64,000 bases of DNA from Amoebophrya sp. A120 (taxonomy: Eukaryota; Protista; Dinoflagellata): contig CAJINV010000001.1 of assembly GCA_905178155.1 (NCBI GenBank), positions 3,401,675 to 3,465,674 of the forward strand, written 5' to 3'. Position numbers and translations under genes: made by a program. Below are positions 35,401 to 47,158 of the stretch, piece by piece. The notes under the pieces were generated by a model. It worked only from the letters and a program-made list of their open reading frames with translations, had not been told where the DNA came from and did no database searches. Position 1 is the stretch's first letter; the number at the start of each line of letters is the position of its first letter.

Positions 35401-36926
35401 CTGATTTTTGCACTCTGCAAGATGACGTGTTTCGTTCTGTGCGTGGCGGTTGGGGGTCCGGGGGGAATCCTGATGCCGTCGCTGATAGTCGGTGGGTTTC
35501 TCGGTGGCACCACCCTCGCGGTGTTTCAGCTGGTCCTTCCAACCGCGATGTACACGCGACTTTGGCAGCCCTGCGTCGCGTTTGGGGTCATCGGGTTGTT
35601 TTCCGCCAATTTTCGCTTCCCGTTGACCAGCGTGGTGATTCTGTTCGAGTTGACCGGTTTCAACACGGGCATGTGGCACATCGCGCTCGGGTGCATTCTC
35701 GCCAGTTACATCGCCATCGCGGTGTCCGACGGCTTCTTCAAGTTTCCCTCCCTGTTCGACGCCCTGTGCCAGCAGGACGACATCTCCCTGTTCCGCATGC
35801 GGTGGGATATGGCGCGAAAGCCGATCCAATTAACCATCACGCAAGAGGACGGTCCGGAAGAGGAGACGGACTTCGAGCAGCTGGACTCTTTGATCATCCA
35901 GCAGACGATATCGTAAGGAAAAACCCCCGCCTCATATCGAAAAGGCATTCTTTTGGAAATTTCTGATGCTGATTTGTAGTCACAAATCGCGTGTTTCTTG
36001 CTAGAAGGCAACTCCCCAGGCTCCGCCGTATTATGCAAGCGGTTTGTGATGCTGCTGGGGCTACAGTGTCGACGCTTGCCATGGTTGGCGCCTACGTCAA
36101 GACCTGTCTACCCAGGCTTGGCATATCCTGCAGTCCTCTACTGCAAGACACGTCTGATTTGTGTACTGAAGTCCAGCATCCGAAACGTCGTTTTGATATG
36201 GGGAGGGGGAAGTTTTCCTGTTGACAGACGAGCGGGAGCCATGCGCGCAGAAGGAGCCGGGGGAGTGGCCGGTTTGTAAATCGCGAGAATGAGGACGATT
36301 CCACAAATTCCTCTCAACGATCTCCGTCCATCACCAGTAGCAGCGAGCAAAGGAATAACTTGACACACGCCCGCAGTACTTCTTCCGCCCTCTCATCCAG
36401 GGCCGGGAGAATACGGAAGGAGAGCTCTACCGGGTCGGTCATCTCCGTCTTGAACCCGTATTTATTTGCTACTTTTTGTTTTTGATGTAGTTCATCCACA
36501 ATTAAAAACCGAAAATCGTGCGAATGAATCCCCTTATGAAAAATGATAAACAGCTTTCACCGGGAGGCATCGATGCAATCTGTGTCCAGCTCGAAAAACA
36601 GCACGAGCGGCTATGCGGGTTCCCGAGAGAACAGCGATATGCACCGGCGAAAACAGTCGCGCCTTGCCGCTGAAATGATGGGCATCATGCTATCAGGATC
36701 GGCAACGAACAAGCTATCTCCGCGCGACACCCAGCGCACCACGAGCGGCGACAGTAGCAATCGCGTCCAGGGTATGACGGTGCAGACGCTGCAGTTGGAC
36801 CGGGTGCCTTCCTACGAGCGGCACTTGCGGCAGAGCACGCAGGGATCCTCAAGTCAGGGCTCGACGACGCAGAACAGTAGCAATTTTTCGCGAATGGAAA
36901 ATAGTAAACGCGGGGCGTCAATGTAA
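32429..36926 (+). CDS. CLC-family chloride channel/antiporter, multi-exon, with a large low-complexity loop and TIR element 35909-36226
   Basis: GGGTTE (GSGIPE-like), GGEGPTIH (gating Glu), AGLAAAFNCPVAAIVYAMED, GGPGGILMPSL, RFPLTSVVILFELTG. Confidence 0.88.
35909..36226. mobile_element. TIR introner-like element, family D (318 bp), DR gacga
   Basis: tatcgtaaggaaaaacccccgcctcatatc ... gatatggggagggggaagttttcctgttgaca; DR 35904-35908 and 36227-36231; removal reopens the frame (QQTS|GSHARR). Confidence 0.9.
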
Positions 36927-37976
36927 CAACGACTTTTTTTATTCGGGGGAAGTAGCCGAGTCTATTTGTGTAAGATAGATAAAAGAACTTCTAAGAAATT
37001 TAACGAACTCACGCTCACCAGATTAAGATCTTCTTTTGATGTAACAATTTGGCACAAACATTGAGAATGCTCTGGCCTATGCGAGCTAGACGCAGTAGCG
37101 TTGTAACTTATTCGTAAAAATACCATGAAAACAAAGTAAGTCACCGACGTTTGATATTTTCGTAATTGAGTCCACACTTATCCCAGCCCGAGCGCGTGCA
37201 TCACGTTTCGTTCTAAATTTTTGTCATGCAGCCTCATTCGAAATAACGCTGGAGACTCGTCATTGTAAAGTTGTTGTAGATTTCGCACAGGCTCAACACC
37301 GCTGCATAGAAGCATCGATTTTTTTTTTTGCACAATACGAACATGATGCAGTATCTGCACATGCGGTGAGTTTCTCGAAGGAATGTGCTGGGTAAGCATT
37401 TCATTAGCATAACATCAAAGCGAAAGCTCGCACGGAAAAGAAGATGACCGTAATGCACTGCACGCGCGGGATGATCATAACCTTATAACATTTACCGTTC
37501 GAAGAACGATTTTTTGAGAATGAAACTGCACAGATTACATGAGTCGGAAAACGGATGAAACCCGGTGCATATTGACTATCAGAATGTTCTCCGGAAAACT
37601 ACCTACTTGCAAAGATGTCCGCGATTTTTGTCGCACAAAAATTTTGAAGCCACTTGTCGTTCGCGAGGCAAAAAAATGTTGCGTCAGTTGCTTCCGGCAA
37701 AAAGCTAATTATTTTTTTCCAAATGTAGTTATCTATGTGCTACGTACCTCAAGAAAGCGCAGTTGTTCAAGCGCTCCCCGAGCGCGGCACTTCCGTCTCT
37801 ATAGTGCAGAAAAGTTTCACGTGACTTCTACAACATGTAACGGCTGGCATCTTCAAGCCGAAGTCGCTTGAGGATATTAAACCAATACTCATTTTTGTTT
37901 TTACTGCTTGATGCAGTTGTAAGAGTTTGCTACTGCAAGGAGAAAAGGTAGAAAAAAACCCTCTCTTCTCGCAACC

Positions 37977-40954
37977 ATGGCGTCCACAGCGCTGGGCAAA
38001 TTGGACGAGACAAACTGCTGTTTCCTGACCGGCAGCAGTAATCCCTATCAAATGCAAAAATGTCTAGGTCTGGAAGATTAGAACTTGTCATGCTAAATCT
38101 GAATGATGCAAAAATCTGTGTTGCGTCCGCTTTTGACCAACTTGGGAGGGAGTTTCTCATGCAGGATAGGCATGATAAAGCTCTCGCAGAATCTGTCATG
38201 CTATGTCCTTCATACTAGACCTCATGGGTCATGGAAAACCCGCATGACAAACCTGGCAGTCTTCCAGACCCGGACATTTTTGCATTTGATAATCCCGGGC
38301 TGTCCGCAAAAATTTTGGAAAAACTCGGCGTACCGAGCAAAGACACCTTGCAGGTCAAGCGTTTCGCCGATGGAGAGGTATTATGTATAAAGGGAAGGGA
38401 AGGAACAGTAGTGTTGCGCGGCATGGCAGATCATTAGCTGGAAGCGAAATTGGAAGTCGCATGGACCCAAAATCAATGCAACAACTCAGGTCTACATCAA
38501 AATCCTGGATACCGTGCGAGGGAAGGATGTGTACGTCATCCAACCAACTTCACCCCCAGTGAACGACAACCTTATGGAACTGTTGCTTGTCGTATCCACC
38601 GCGAGAAGAGCATCGGCAAAAAGGATTACCGCAATAATCCCCTACTACGGGTAAAAATGCTGCGAAGTTTGGTCTTTTCCGAATTTTGCATGTGAGTGTG
38701 CGAAAAAATGCGAAAATTTCACATTGAATTTTTTATCTCTGGGCGACATTTAAGCAAATCATCTTCGAGATGAAATGTCTACTTCACAGCTACGCCAGAC
38801 AAGACCGGAAAGTGGACAGCCGTACCCCGATATCCGCAGCGGACGTTGCATATCAAATGCAAAAATGTCTGGGTCTGGAAGATTCTGAGACTTGTCATGC
38901 ACGTTTTGCATGAGTCATGATGTCCGTGATGCATGCGCTAGCATCACAGATTTTTTGAGGTCTTCTTGATGCCTATTCCGCATGACAAATGCCCTCTCCG
39001 CGAAGTAAAAAATGCGTTCCCTTTGCTGCTCATGCAATACAGATTTTTTTGGAATCCAAACGCAGCATCACAAGTTGCAACCTTCCAGACCCAGACATTT
39101 TTGCATTTGATATTGCAAAAATGATCGAGAGCATGGGCGTCGACAGAGTCGTGTCCGTCGATTTGCATTGCGGGCAGATACAAGTATATTACTATTGTTG
39201 CAATTCTCTTTGTGCAAGAGAACGTCAAGTGCCATGCGTCCACCCTCCTTGTGTTGACATTTGCATGCGCAAAGACTGTTTTTAACTCGAACTTGTCACA
39301 ACACAGGGTTTCTTCTCCCCGACGGTCCCGATGGACAACCTGGAATCGCACATCGTCGCGCTCGACTGGATCCTCGCCAATATCCAGTTTAGTCAGAAGG
39401 TGAACGTGGTCTCTCCTGACGCGGGTGGCGTGTACCGTGCCAAGAAGTTCCAGGATGCGATGATGAAGCGCGGCATTCAGAACCCAGGCCTAGCCATGCT
39501 GATCAAGCACCGGTCAAGGCCGAACCAAATCGAGCGCATGGACTTGGTTGGGTCGGTGGAAGGCTGCGATTGCTTGATTGTCGACGACATCGTGGACACG
39601 GCGGGGACGCTGTGTGAGGCGGCGAAGCAGCTCAGTATAATTTGAGAGTTTGCCGCGTTTCTGATTCTGTATCAGGATTCTCTCCCAGACCTGCCTTGCG
39701 CACTTAAGTGCTTCGCGCCTTTAGGTGCTGCGCGCCCTTAAATGCTTCGGAGCCTTAAGTGCTTCGCGCCCTTAAGTGCTTCGCGCCCTTCACCTGAAGT
39801 CCTTCGAAGCGATAGGTGCTTCGCTTAAGTGCTTCGCCTGAATCGTTCCCTTAAATGCTTCGCTGAAGTGCTTCGGTTAAGCAGAGCGTCGCTTAGGTAG
39901 TGCGTTCCTTACGTGGCTTTGCTTCGCTAAAGTAGTGCGTTTTGAGTGGTGCGTCGCTTAGGTAGTGCCTCGCTAGCTTAAGTAGTGCCTCGCTTAGGTA
40001 GTGCTTCGCTAAAGCAGTCCGTTTTAAGTAGTGCGTCGCTTAGGTGGTGCCTCGCTTAAGTAGTGCTTCGCTTAGGTAGTGCTTCACTAAAGCAGTGCGC
40101 AGTGCCTCGCTTAGGTAGTGCTTCGCTTAAGTAGTGCCTTGCTTAAGTAGTGCGCTACTTAAGTAGTGCCGCGCTTTGCTAGTGCCTCGCGTAGGTAGTT
40201 CCCCTCCTACGTGGTGCCTCGCTCAAGTAGTGTTTCGTTGAAGTTGTGCGCCCCGCCTAAGTAGTGCGCTCCGCTTAAGTAGTGCGCCCCGGTTAAGTAG
40301 TGCGCCCCGCCTACGCAGTTTCGCCTATTTGTTTCGCTTATGCGTTTCGCTTATGCGTTTCGCTTATGCGTTTCGCTTATGCGCTTCGCTTATGCGTTTC
40401 GCTGATGTTTTGCGCTGGCTTAAGCGCTACTTCGCTCGCTTGAGTGCCGCTCAGACCCAAATGCTTCAAGATCTACTGCAAGAATGAATCTAACTCTTCA
40501 GGACTCAACGGCGCGACCCGAGTATTTGCTTTCATCACACACGGACTCTTTTCCGGCCCGGCCGTGCAGAGGATACAGGAGTCGCAGTTGGAAAGCGTGG
40601 TAGTAACGAACTCCATCGTCGGCCTCAATCACGAAAGCGTCACGGCGTGCCCGAAAATCAAATTGTATTTCCGGTTTGTCGTGATATTTTGATGCTGGTT
40701 TGCATGGTGTGATGCACCTGGTTGAGATAAGACGTTGCCTGACCTCTAATGCTTACCTACACATTTGGAAAACAAAAATCAGCGTCTGCATTGGGGGGCT
40801 GCTCGCGAACGCGATTCACTCGATACAGTACAAAAAGTCCATTTCCGCACTGTACAAGCTGAAGCCCCCGGCGGCGCCGGAAGCCAGCCCCCTGCCGCCG
40901 CCCGTGAAGGCCGGAAGCCCCATGCAGGTGGAAGAAAGCGCGATCGGATCGTGA
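37977..40954 (+). CDS. PRPS: Ribose-phosphate pyrophosphokinase (PRPP synthetase); 5 GT-AG introns plus 2 TIR elements
   Basis: [64 protein letters not shown]. Confidence 0.95.
38046..38291. mobile_element. TIR introner-like element, family A (246 bp, inverted relative to 38851-39112), DR atccc
   Basis: TIRs tatcaaatgcaaaaatgtc..ggtctggaag; DR 38041-38045 and 38292-38296; removal gives GSSNP|GLSAKI. Confidence 0.95.
38851..39112. mobile_element. TIR introner-like element, family A (262 bp), perfect 31-bp TIR, DR ttgca
   Basis: tatcaaatgcaaaaatgtctgggtctggaag at both ends; DR 38846-38850 and 39113-39117; removal gives ISAADVA|KMIE. Confidence 0.96.
39695..40445. repeat. Degenerate minisatellite (cttaagtagtgcttcg-like ~16-mers, then ~6x 13-mer tttcgcttatgcg) filling PRPS intron 39635-40501
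   Basis: Dozens of cttaag/cttagg-tagtgc units; 13-mer array at 40332-40407. Confidence 0.9.
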
Positions 40955-41736
40955 GGAACCCCCCGTGACGCCCCGACCGGCAAACAATTTTGTGCAAATA
41001 AAGTACACTAGCGCAGTACCACAAAGATTTGTTCCCAAGTAAGTACACTAAAGTTTGGCTAGATATTGGAAAATAAAACTGAAAGTCGTTTTTAGTTGAC
41101 CCACATCTAATGATTTTTGACACTCATGACAACTTGTCGTGGACGAGGAAGAGTGCGACCTGAACTATGGTCGCCTTTTGTGGCAGTTCGGATAAGAAAG
41201 TTCGCATTTTTCGATTGCCGAGCAAAGGAAGGAATGATAAACTTTTCGAGCTCAGAAACTTGTGAGAAAACAAGACGTGCGAAAAAAGAAACCCGGCGCA
41301 ACGCATCCGCATCATCTCGCTCGAAGTACAACTATCTATTACGCCTTTATTCCTGGAAGAACAAAAAGGAATATGGAAATTTCGAAGAAAAGCAGGTGGT
41401 TGCTATGCTGACATTGGCGCGTTAGCAGCGGGCCGAAAATTTTTGCGCCACTTGAGGCCGGGCAATTTTTGTCGCGGTGTGTTTCCGGTCTTTTTCTCGT
41501 TGCTCATGACTGTATCAAAAATATATGGTTGCTTGAAAATGATAATGAATCGATGGAAAAGTCGTCGTCGCAGGTCGTATTCGTCGCTAGGTCACCGTCA
41601 CCGCCACGTAGTTGTTGTGAGAACCTTTGTGAAGCAGGAAGCCTTAGTTGTGCTACTCGATCTAATCATTCCGCTTTTTTGTATTTGTTGTCCTTTGATT
41701 CCGTGCTAGATTTCGTTTCAAAAAGCATTTTCGAAA

Positions 41737-44700
41737 ATGACCGTTTACTGTGACTGCGGCGAGCTGGTCGCGCGGCGCACTGTCAGGAAGCAGGGCGCAA
41801 ACTGCGGCCGTGAGTTTCTCTGCTGCCCGCGCAGTGAAAACCAAAAGCGCTGCAAGTTTTTCAGTTGGGACGTCGAGCAGCTGGACGTCGGCGCGAACTT
41901 GCCCCAGAAGATGGGCTGCCTGCGGCTCTGTCCGTTCCCGATGCACGCAAGCTTTTTTTACGCCCGAGGGATTCCGGAGGAGGCGATCCGTGGGAAGAAT
42001 TTACACCAAATACTCGAAGGCAGAGTGACGCAGATCGACGCCAAGACATGGCAATTCCAAATGAAGGACTACGAGAAGGTGAGCGGGATTCTATTTGACT
42101 TGTGTGAACCGGTGCCGCGCTGGGTGGTGGACGGGGTTCGGTTGCACAGCGCGTCGTGGCAATTGATACAAAGGATGAAGACACCAGTTGGCAGCTCAAA
42201 TGCTGCCGTGTCATCGAATTTAAGTGGCACGGGAGCGCAACGACATGACACCAACACCTATTCAGAAGCCACCGCCCGGGTCGTGCCGTCCCCTGCAGAA
42301 GCAAAAGAACTCGCTGAGAAGCTTCCTCCAGCCGTGCTGCCCTACCAGCGCGAGGGCTTTGCAATTGCTCTCCAGCGCGGCGGCCGTGTTTTGTTCGGGG
42401 ATGAGATGGGGCTTGGGAAGTCGCTGCAGGCGTTGATGACGATCGACTACTACGCCGAGGATTTGCCCTGCTTGATTGTTTGCCCGAGCAGTTTGCGCTT
42501 TGGCTGGCGGGACCAGGTGCAAAAGTGGCTCGGGGACGCTGACGGCACGGGGACGATCAAACGGCTTGTCGCGAAAGATCTTCGGGAAAATCATAGGTCG
42601 AACATGATGCAGCAGAAGGAACCGCCCCTCATCCTGAACGAAGACATTTTGGCCGAGGATGCGAAGGCGTTCGCTTTGCGGAACGGAGAGGCAGTAACTG
42701 ACGAGGAACATCAAACGCAGGGCACAACAACAGACGAGGCGAGAACCGATCTAGAAAACCGCTTCGCGCAAGTGCTGCTTACCAGTAAGGACAAGGTCGA
42801 CCCGATGGCGAAAATCGTCATCACCAGCTTCGAACTCCTCCGAAACGCAGCATTCCGCAAAACGGCGAGCAAGCAGCCCTACAAGATTGTCGTCGTGGAT
42901 GAGTCGCAGTTCATAAAAAATCAGCAGGCGCAGCGGACGAGGCAGGTGATGGAGATCTGCCAAACCGCGAAGCGGGTGATGCTTTTGTCGGGTATCCTGA
43001 GTAAAAACGTACCCACACCAGAGTTGTAATGCAGATTTGCAAAGAGAGGAAGACTTGTAATGCGCATCCCCATGAGGGCCATTTCCAATCGTGTTTTGGA
43101 ATTTGTGATGCTGTGAACAGGATGAGCATATGAATCTGTGATGCGGCTGCACTTGCTAACCTGCACTACACTGCAGAGTGCAACTTGTCACGCGTGACTC
43201 ACAAAACTCCTAGGTTTGTGTTGCAAAATCCCCATCCTGACTCTGGTGTGGGTACGTTTTTACTCAGGATATCCGGCACGCCATCCCTAAACCGCTCCAT
43301 TGAACTGTTTTCCCAGCTCTGCTGCATACTGCCGGACTACATCATGCCGAGCTTCAACACTTTCGCAAATCGGTTCGCGAAGAAGGAGACGAAGCGGTTT
43401 AAGGGCAGGGTGATTGAAAGCTTTGAGGGCGTAAAGAACGCGGAGGAACTGAACACGTTTTTGCTCGCTTCCTGCATGATTCGTCGCCGGAAAGACGACG
43501 TTTTGCGGGATCTGCCCCCGAAATTGCGGTGCAGAATGAGACTCGATCCGGAGAAGTGCGACGTGAGGAAGAAAAAGTTAGTGAAAGACAAAATCAATCT
43601 TTTGTTCAAAAGTCAGAAAAACGGGAACGGAAATGGTTGTCTGGACGACTTACTTCTGAACGAAAACTTCGATGGAGTGAATTCTCTAGACCAAGAAATT
43701 GCGCAGCAGTTCGGAGGATCAGAAAAAAATGCCGACAACACGCCGAGCATCAGCGAGATATTCCAGCTCACCGCGGAGTGCAAAGTGGAACCGGTGCTCG
43801 AGCACATCGAGTATTTGCTCGTGGAGCAGCCAGAGCTGAAATTCCTGGTGTTCGCACATCATAAAGTCATGCTCGACGCCCTCGAAGAGCGAGTAAAGTA
43901 CTGGAAAAATCTTGGCAGCTACATCCGCATCGACGGATCGACGAAGCAAATAGACCGGCCGGCTTTCGTGAAGAGATACCAGGAGGAGAAATCCTGTCGC
44001 GTTGCGATCCTCTCCATCACCGCGTGCGGGCAGGGCTTGACATTGACCGCCGCTTCCGCGGTCGTTTTTGCCGAGCTCTACTGGGTTCCGGGCGCACTGC
44101 AGCAGGCGGAGGACCGCGCGCACCGCATCGGCCAGACGGCGAAGATGGTGAACATCTACTACTTGACGTGTCCGGGCACTTTGGACGATCGGGTGTACGA
44201 CATGGTGGAGAAAAAAGCGAAGGACTGCGCGAGCATGCTCGACGGGCAGCGACGCGGGATGCAGGTGTTTCACAAGACCAGGCAAGCGACGATCGTAACG
44301 ACGGCGGACCCGAAGCTGGCGGCGGAGGCGGCCATGATCTCCGCAGTGAACAGGAGTACTGCAGGAGCGGCGGCAGGTGACACCGGAGCGGGTACGCGAG
44401 GGAACAACGTATCGGCGGGGGAGCCGGTGCGATTAGAATGCCAGAACCCACTGGGTGGCTCTTCATCGTCCAGCAGTAGCAGCAGCAGCAGCCGAAACTT
44501 CGCAGTCGGAGGCTCCGCTGCGACTGCGTTCACTTCAGCACAGGGTCCTCCAGTAGTAGTTGGACACCAAAGCGGAGGCGTCAAGCGCGACCACACAGAA
44601 GTAGCCTCCTCGCCGGGGCCTGCGGCGCAGAACGGAGCTGGGTTTTCTTCGTCGTCGTCTTCGTCGTCTTCTGCCTTTGTCGGTACGAAGAAATTGAAGC

Positions 44701-46064
44701 CGAGCACAAAAGCACAAGAGGATGTGGACATGATCGGATATGGTAGTGCCGGAAATGTTGAGAGAAACGTGAACAACATGATGACCGCAGACGACGGCGT
44801 CATTGTTCTCAGTGACTCATCCGAGCATGGTGGGAGTCCACATCGACCACATAGAAACAATCAGCCACTCGTCGTCGGCGCCGCTGGTGAGGAGCACAAG
44901 AACGACAACAGTGGCCAGAAAGGTCGCGCCAACCGTCCTTCTGTTCTCCCAATAGAACCGCTGCCGCATTTCCGGATCTACAGCACGCAAGAGTTCGTTT
45001 CGCAGCCGTCGCAGAGCTACAGTCCGCAGAAATCTAGACTAGGTTCACAAGATGACGACTTCTACGCGCCGCCATTCAGCCCAAGTTTTCCGAGCCAGGA
45101 GCTGGCCAGCCGGTTTTCCCTGGACGGGGGCGGCGCGCAATCGGATTACGATTTTGGGAGTAAGCAGCAAGAAAATATCTTTGCAGGAAGCTCCGCTGTT
45201 GCGCAGCAGAATAGCATTTCGGACATGAAGCCGCCGCCGCTGCGGAAAAAATCGTTGGACGTAACCACGGGGGGAGCTAGTGTCGAGCACCAGCGACAGG
45301 CCGCGCAGGAGAATCCAATGTCAGCGGCGCCAGATAATTTCGTTCCCATTGCCGCGCCACCCGCTCCTAGAGTGGAGCAGCCCGCGTCTTACACACGCAA
45401 GCGCGAGGCCGTCAAGCAGCAATCCGCAGCAAAGGCTCCAAGTTCGACGTCGCAATTTGCCTCGTCTTTCGCCCAGTTTGGCGCGAAGACGCAAAACGGT
45501 GCGAGTGGTAGTTTCAACAACGGATTCGGATTTCCAGCATTGAGCAGCGGCACCGCGCCAGGTGCATCTGGCAGCGCAAATGCGAATGGAGCTTCTTTCG
45601 GCGTGTTGCAGCAAGCTCCTACACCCGGCAATGGAATCTTCGCTACTTCCTTGACAGCGGCCGCAACGACTCCTGCCGTACCACTCCAGACCACTACGAA
45701 GAGCAGCGATGGGACCAAGGCTGCTGCCCCTTCGTTTCAAGGGTTTGGAACTTCCTTCGGGCAGATTCAACAGCCGCAAATAAAAGCTCCTGTGGCCGCA
45801 TTTTCTTCAACCAGCAGCGCGTTCGCTCCGGCATGGCGGACCTTTGGTGCCGCACCCAAGCCAGTTGCGCCTCTCGGTGCTCCTGCAGTGCCGTTACAGG
45901 GCTTCGCGTCCTCGTTTGGCCAGTTCCATCCGCAGGGCGGCTTTTCCACGCAGTTTGGGGCTGCGCCGTTTGGCTTCGCAAAGCAACAGCCAGCAGTGGC
46001 CGCGGGAAAAAATCTTCCGATGAGCTCTTCAATAGATCCGAGCGCATCAAAAGCAGGGCAGTAG
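41737..46064 (+). CDS. SMARCAL1: SMARCAL1/HARP-like SNF2 annealing helicase with N-terminal GRF zinc finger and FG-rich C-terminal tail; interrupted by TIR element 42993-43271
   Basis: GDEMGLGKS, IVCPSSLR, VVVDESQ, LLSG|TP, FLVFAHH, IRIDGST, GLTLTAAS, AELYWVPG.LQQAEDRAHRIGQ; N-terminal CDCG...GREFLCC...CKFFSW. Confidence 0.93.
42993..43271. mobile_element. TIR introner-like element, family F (279 bp), perfect 32-bp TIR, DR tcggg/tccgg
   Basis: tatcctgagtaaaaacgtacccacaccagagt at both ends; removal restores helicase motif III LSGTP. Confidence 0.96.
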
Positions 46065-46243
46065 TGGCATAGCGGAGAGATGATCATGCTGACTGTGCGC
46101 TAATAGCGCCGGAGACGGAGTGAGAGCAGAGCGGCTTGGACTAAAATCTGTGTGTTGGATTGCAATCTTCACTGCAAAGCCTACATTCAACGTAGCTAGT
46201 CCTTTGCTGCTGGGCCAACGCTTCGAAAAAAGAAAGTTCCAAA

Positions 46244-47158
46244 ATGACGCGCTTGGTCCACCTTCTGGCCACCACGGCCTCATCATGGGCTTTCTTGCCA
46301 CACACCGCAGATGGCTTCGTCACGAGAAGACTTCCGCCGAAGCTCGTGCAGGTAGAAAACAAAAAGGCATCTATCCAACAGCGAAAAAGGCGCGACGAGA
46401 AGGCAAAGCGAAAACAGAAGGATCCCTACTCGCCTATGACACGGCTCGGGATGGAAGACAAGGCAAAACCCGACCCGGCGTTGGAAAACATTCCGGGTCC
46501 AGCGGCTCGACTCGGATTGGATGTCAAGCCACGACCCATGTACAAGGAGGCTGAGGAGGTCAAGCACTACGAATTCGAGTATTGGATTGGTTTCTCTTCT
46601 CTGCCTCCTCGATGAAAAAGTTTGAATATGGATTTGTTTCAACTCGACATCATCATCCTTGCTTTTCGAATTGACGCAAACTTTCTCGCTACAAAAATTT
46701 TCAGGGCCATTCCAACCGACCCCCGACCACCGCTGAAACTCCGCGACGTGGAAGCGCACGTGGCCCCGGCGTTCGGAATTTTCAAGGGGCTCGCGCTCGG
46801 ATCGCTCTTCCTGATTCCCATGTACCTGTGGTACGTCTGGAGGCACACGGAAAACGGCGCGCGTAACGTAACCATCGTCGTGGGCGTGTTTACCGCGATT
46901 GGTTTGCTGTGTTTCATGCTGCAACGGATGGGCGTTTTTGACCGGATGTGGGAGAAGTATGCGTCGCACCTAGGCGAGAAGTGGCTGGAGGGGTTTTTGC
47001 TCGTCCCGGTTGGGTTGTTCGCGTTTCTGATGCTCGCGGACTTAACCGTCCGTGGGCAGTATTCGGCCATTGGGAAGGTAGTTGCAAAAATTCCCACGCC
47101 GCCCTCCATACCGGTCAAGACGAACAGTCTGGAAGGATTCATGTCCTCGTTCTTGTGA
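46244..47158 (+). CDS. Hypothetical membrane protein, one GT-AG intron (~46580-46705)
   Basis: ORFs 46244..46615 and 46622..47158 join as YEFE|AIPTDP; N-terminal signal-like segment and 3 TM helices. Confidence 0.6.

Noticed and set aside
39695-40445. Telomeric repeat or CRISPR array
   Set aside because: Units are degenerate 13-17-mers without unique spacers and do not match TTTAGGG-type repeats.
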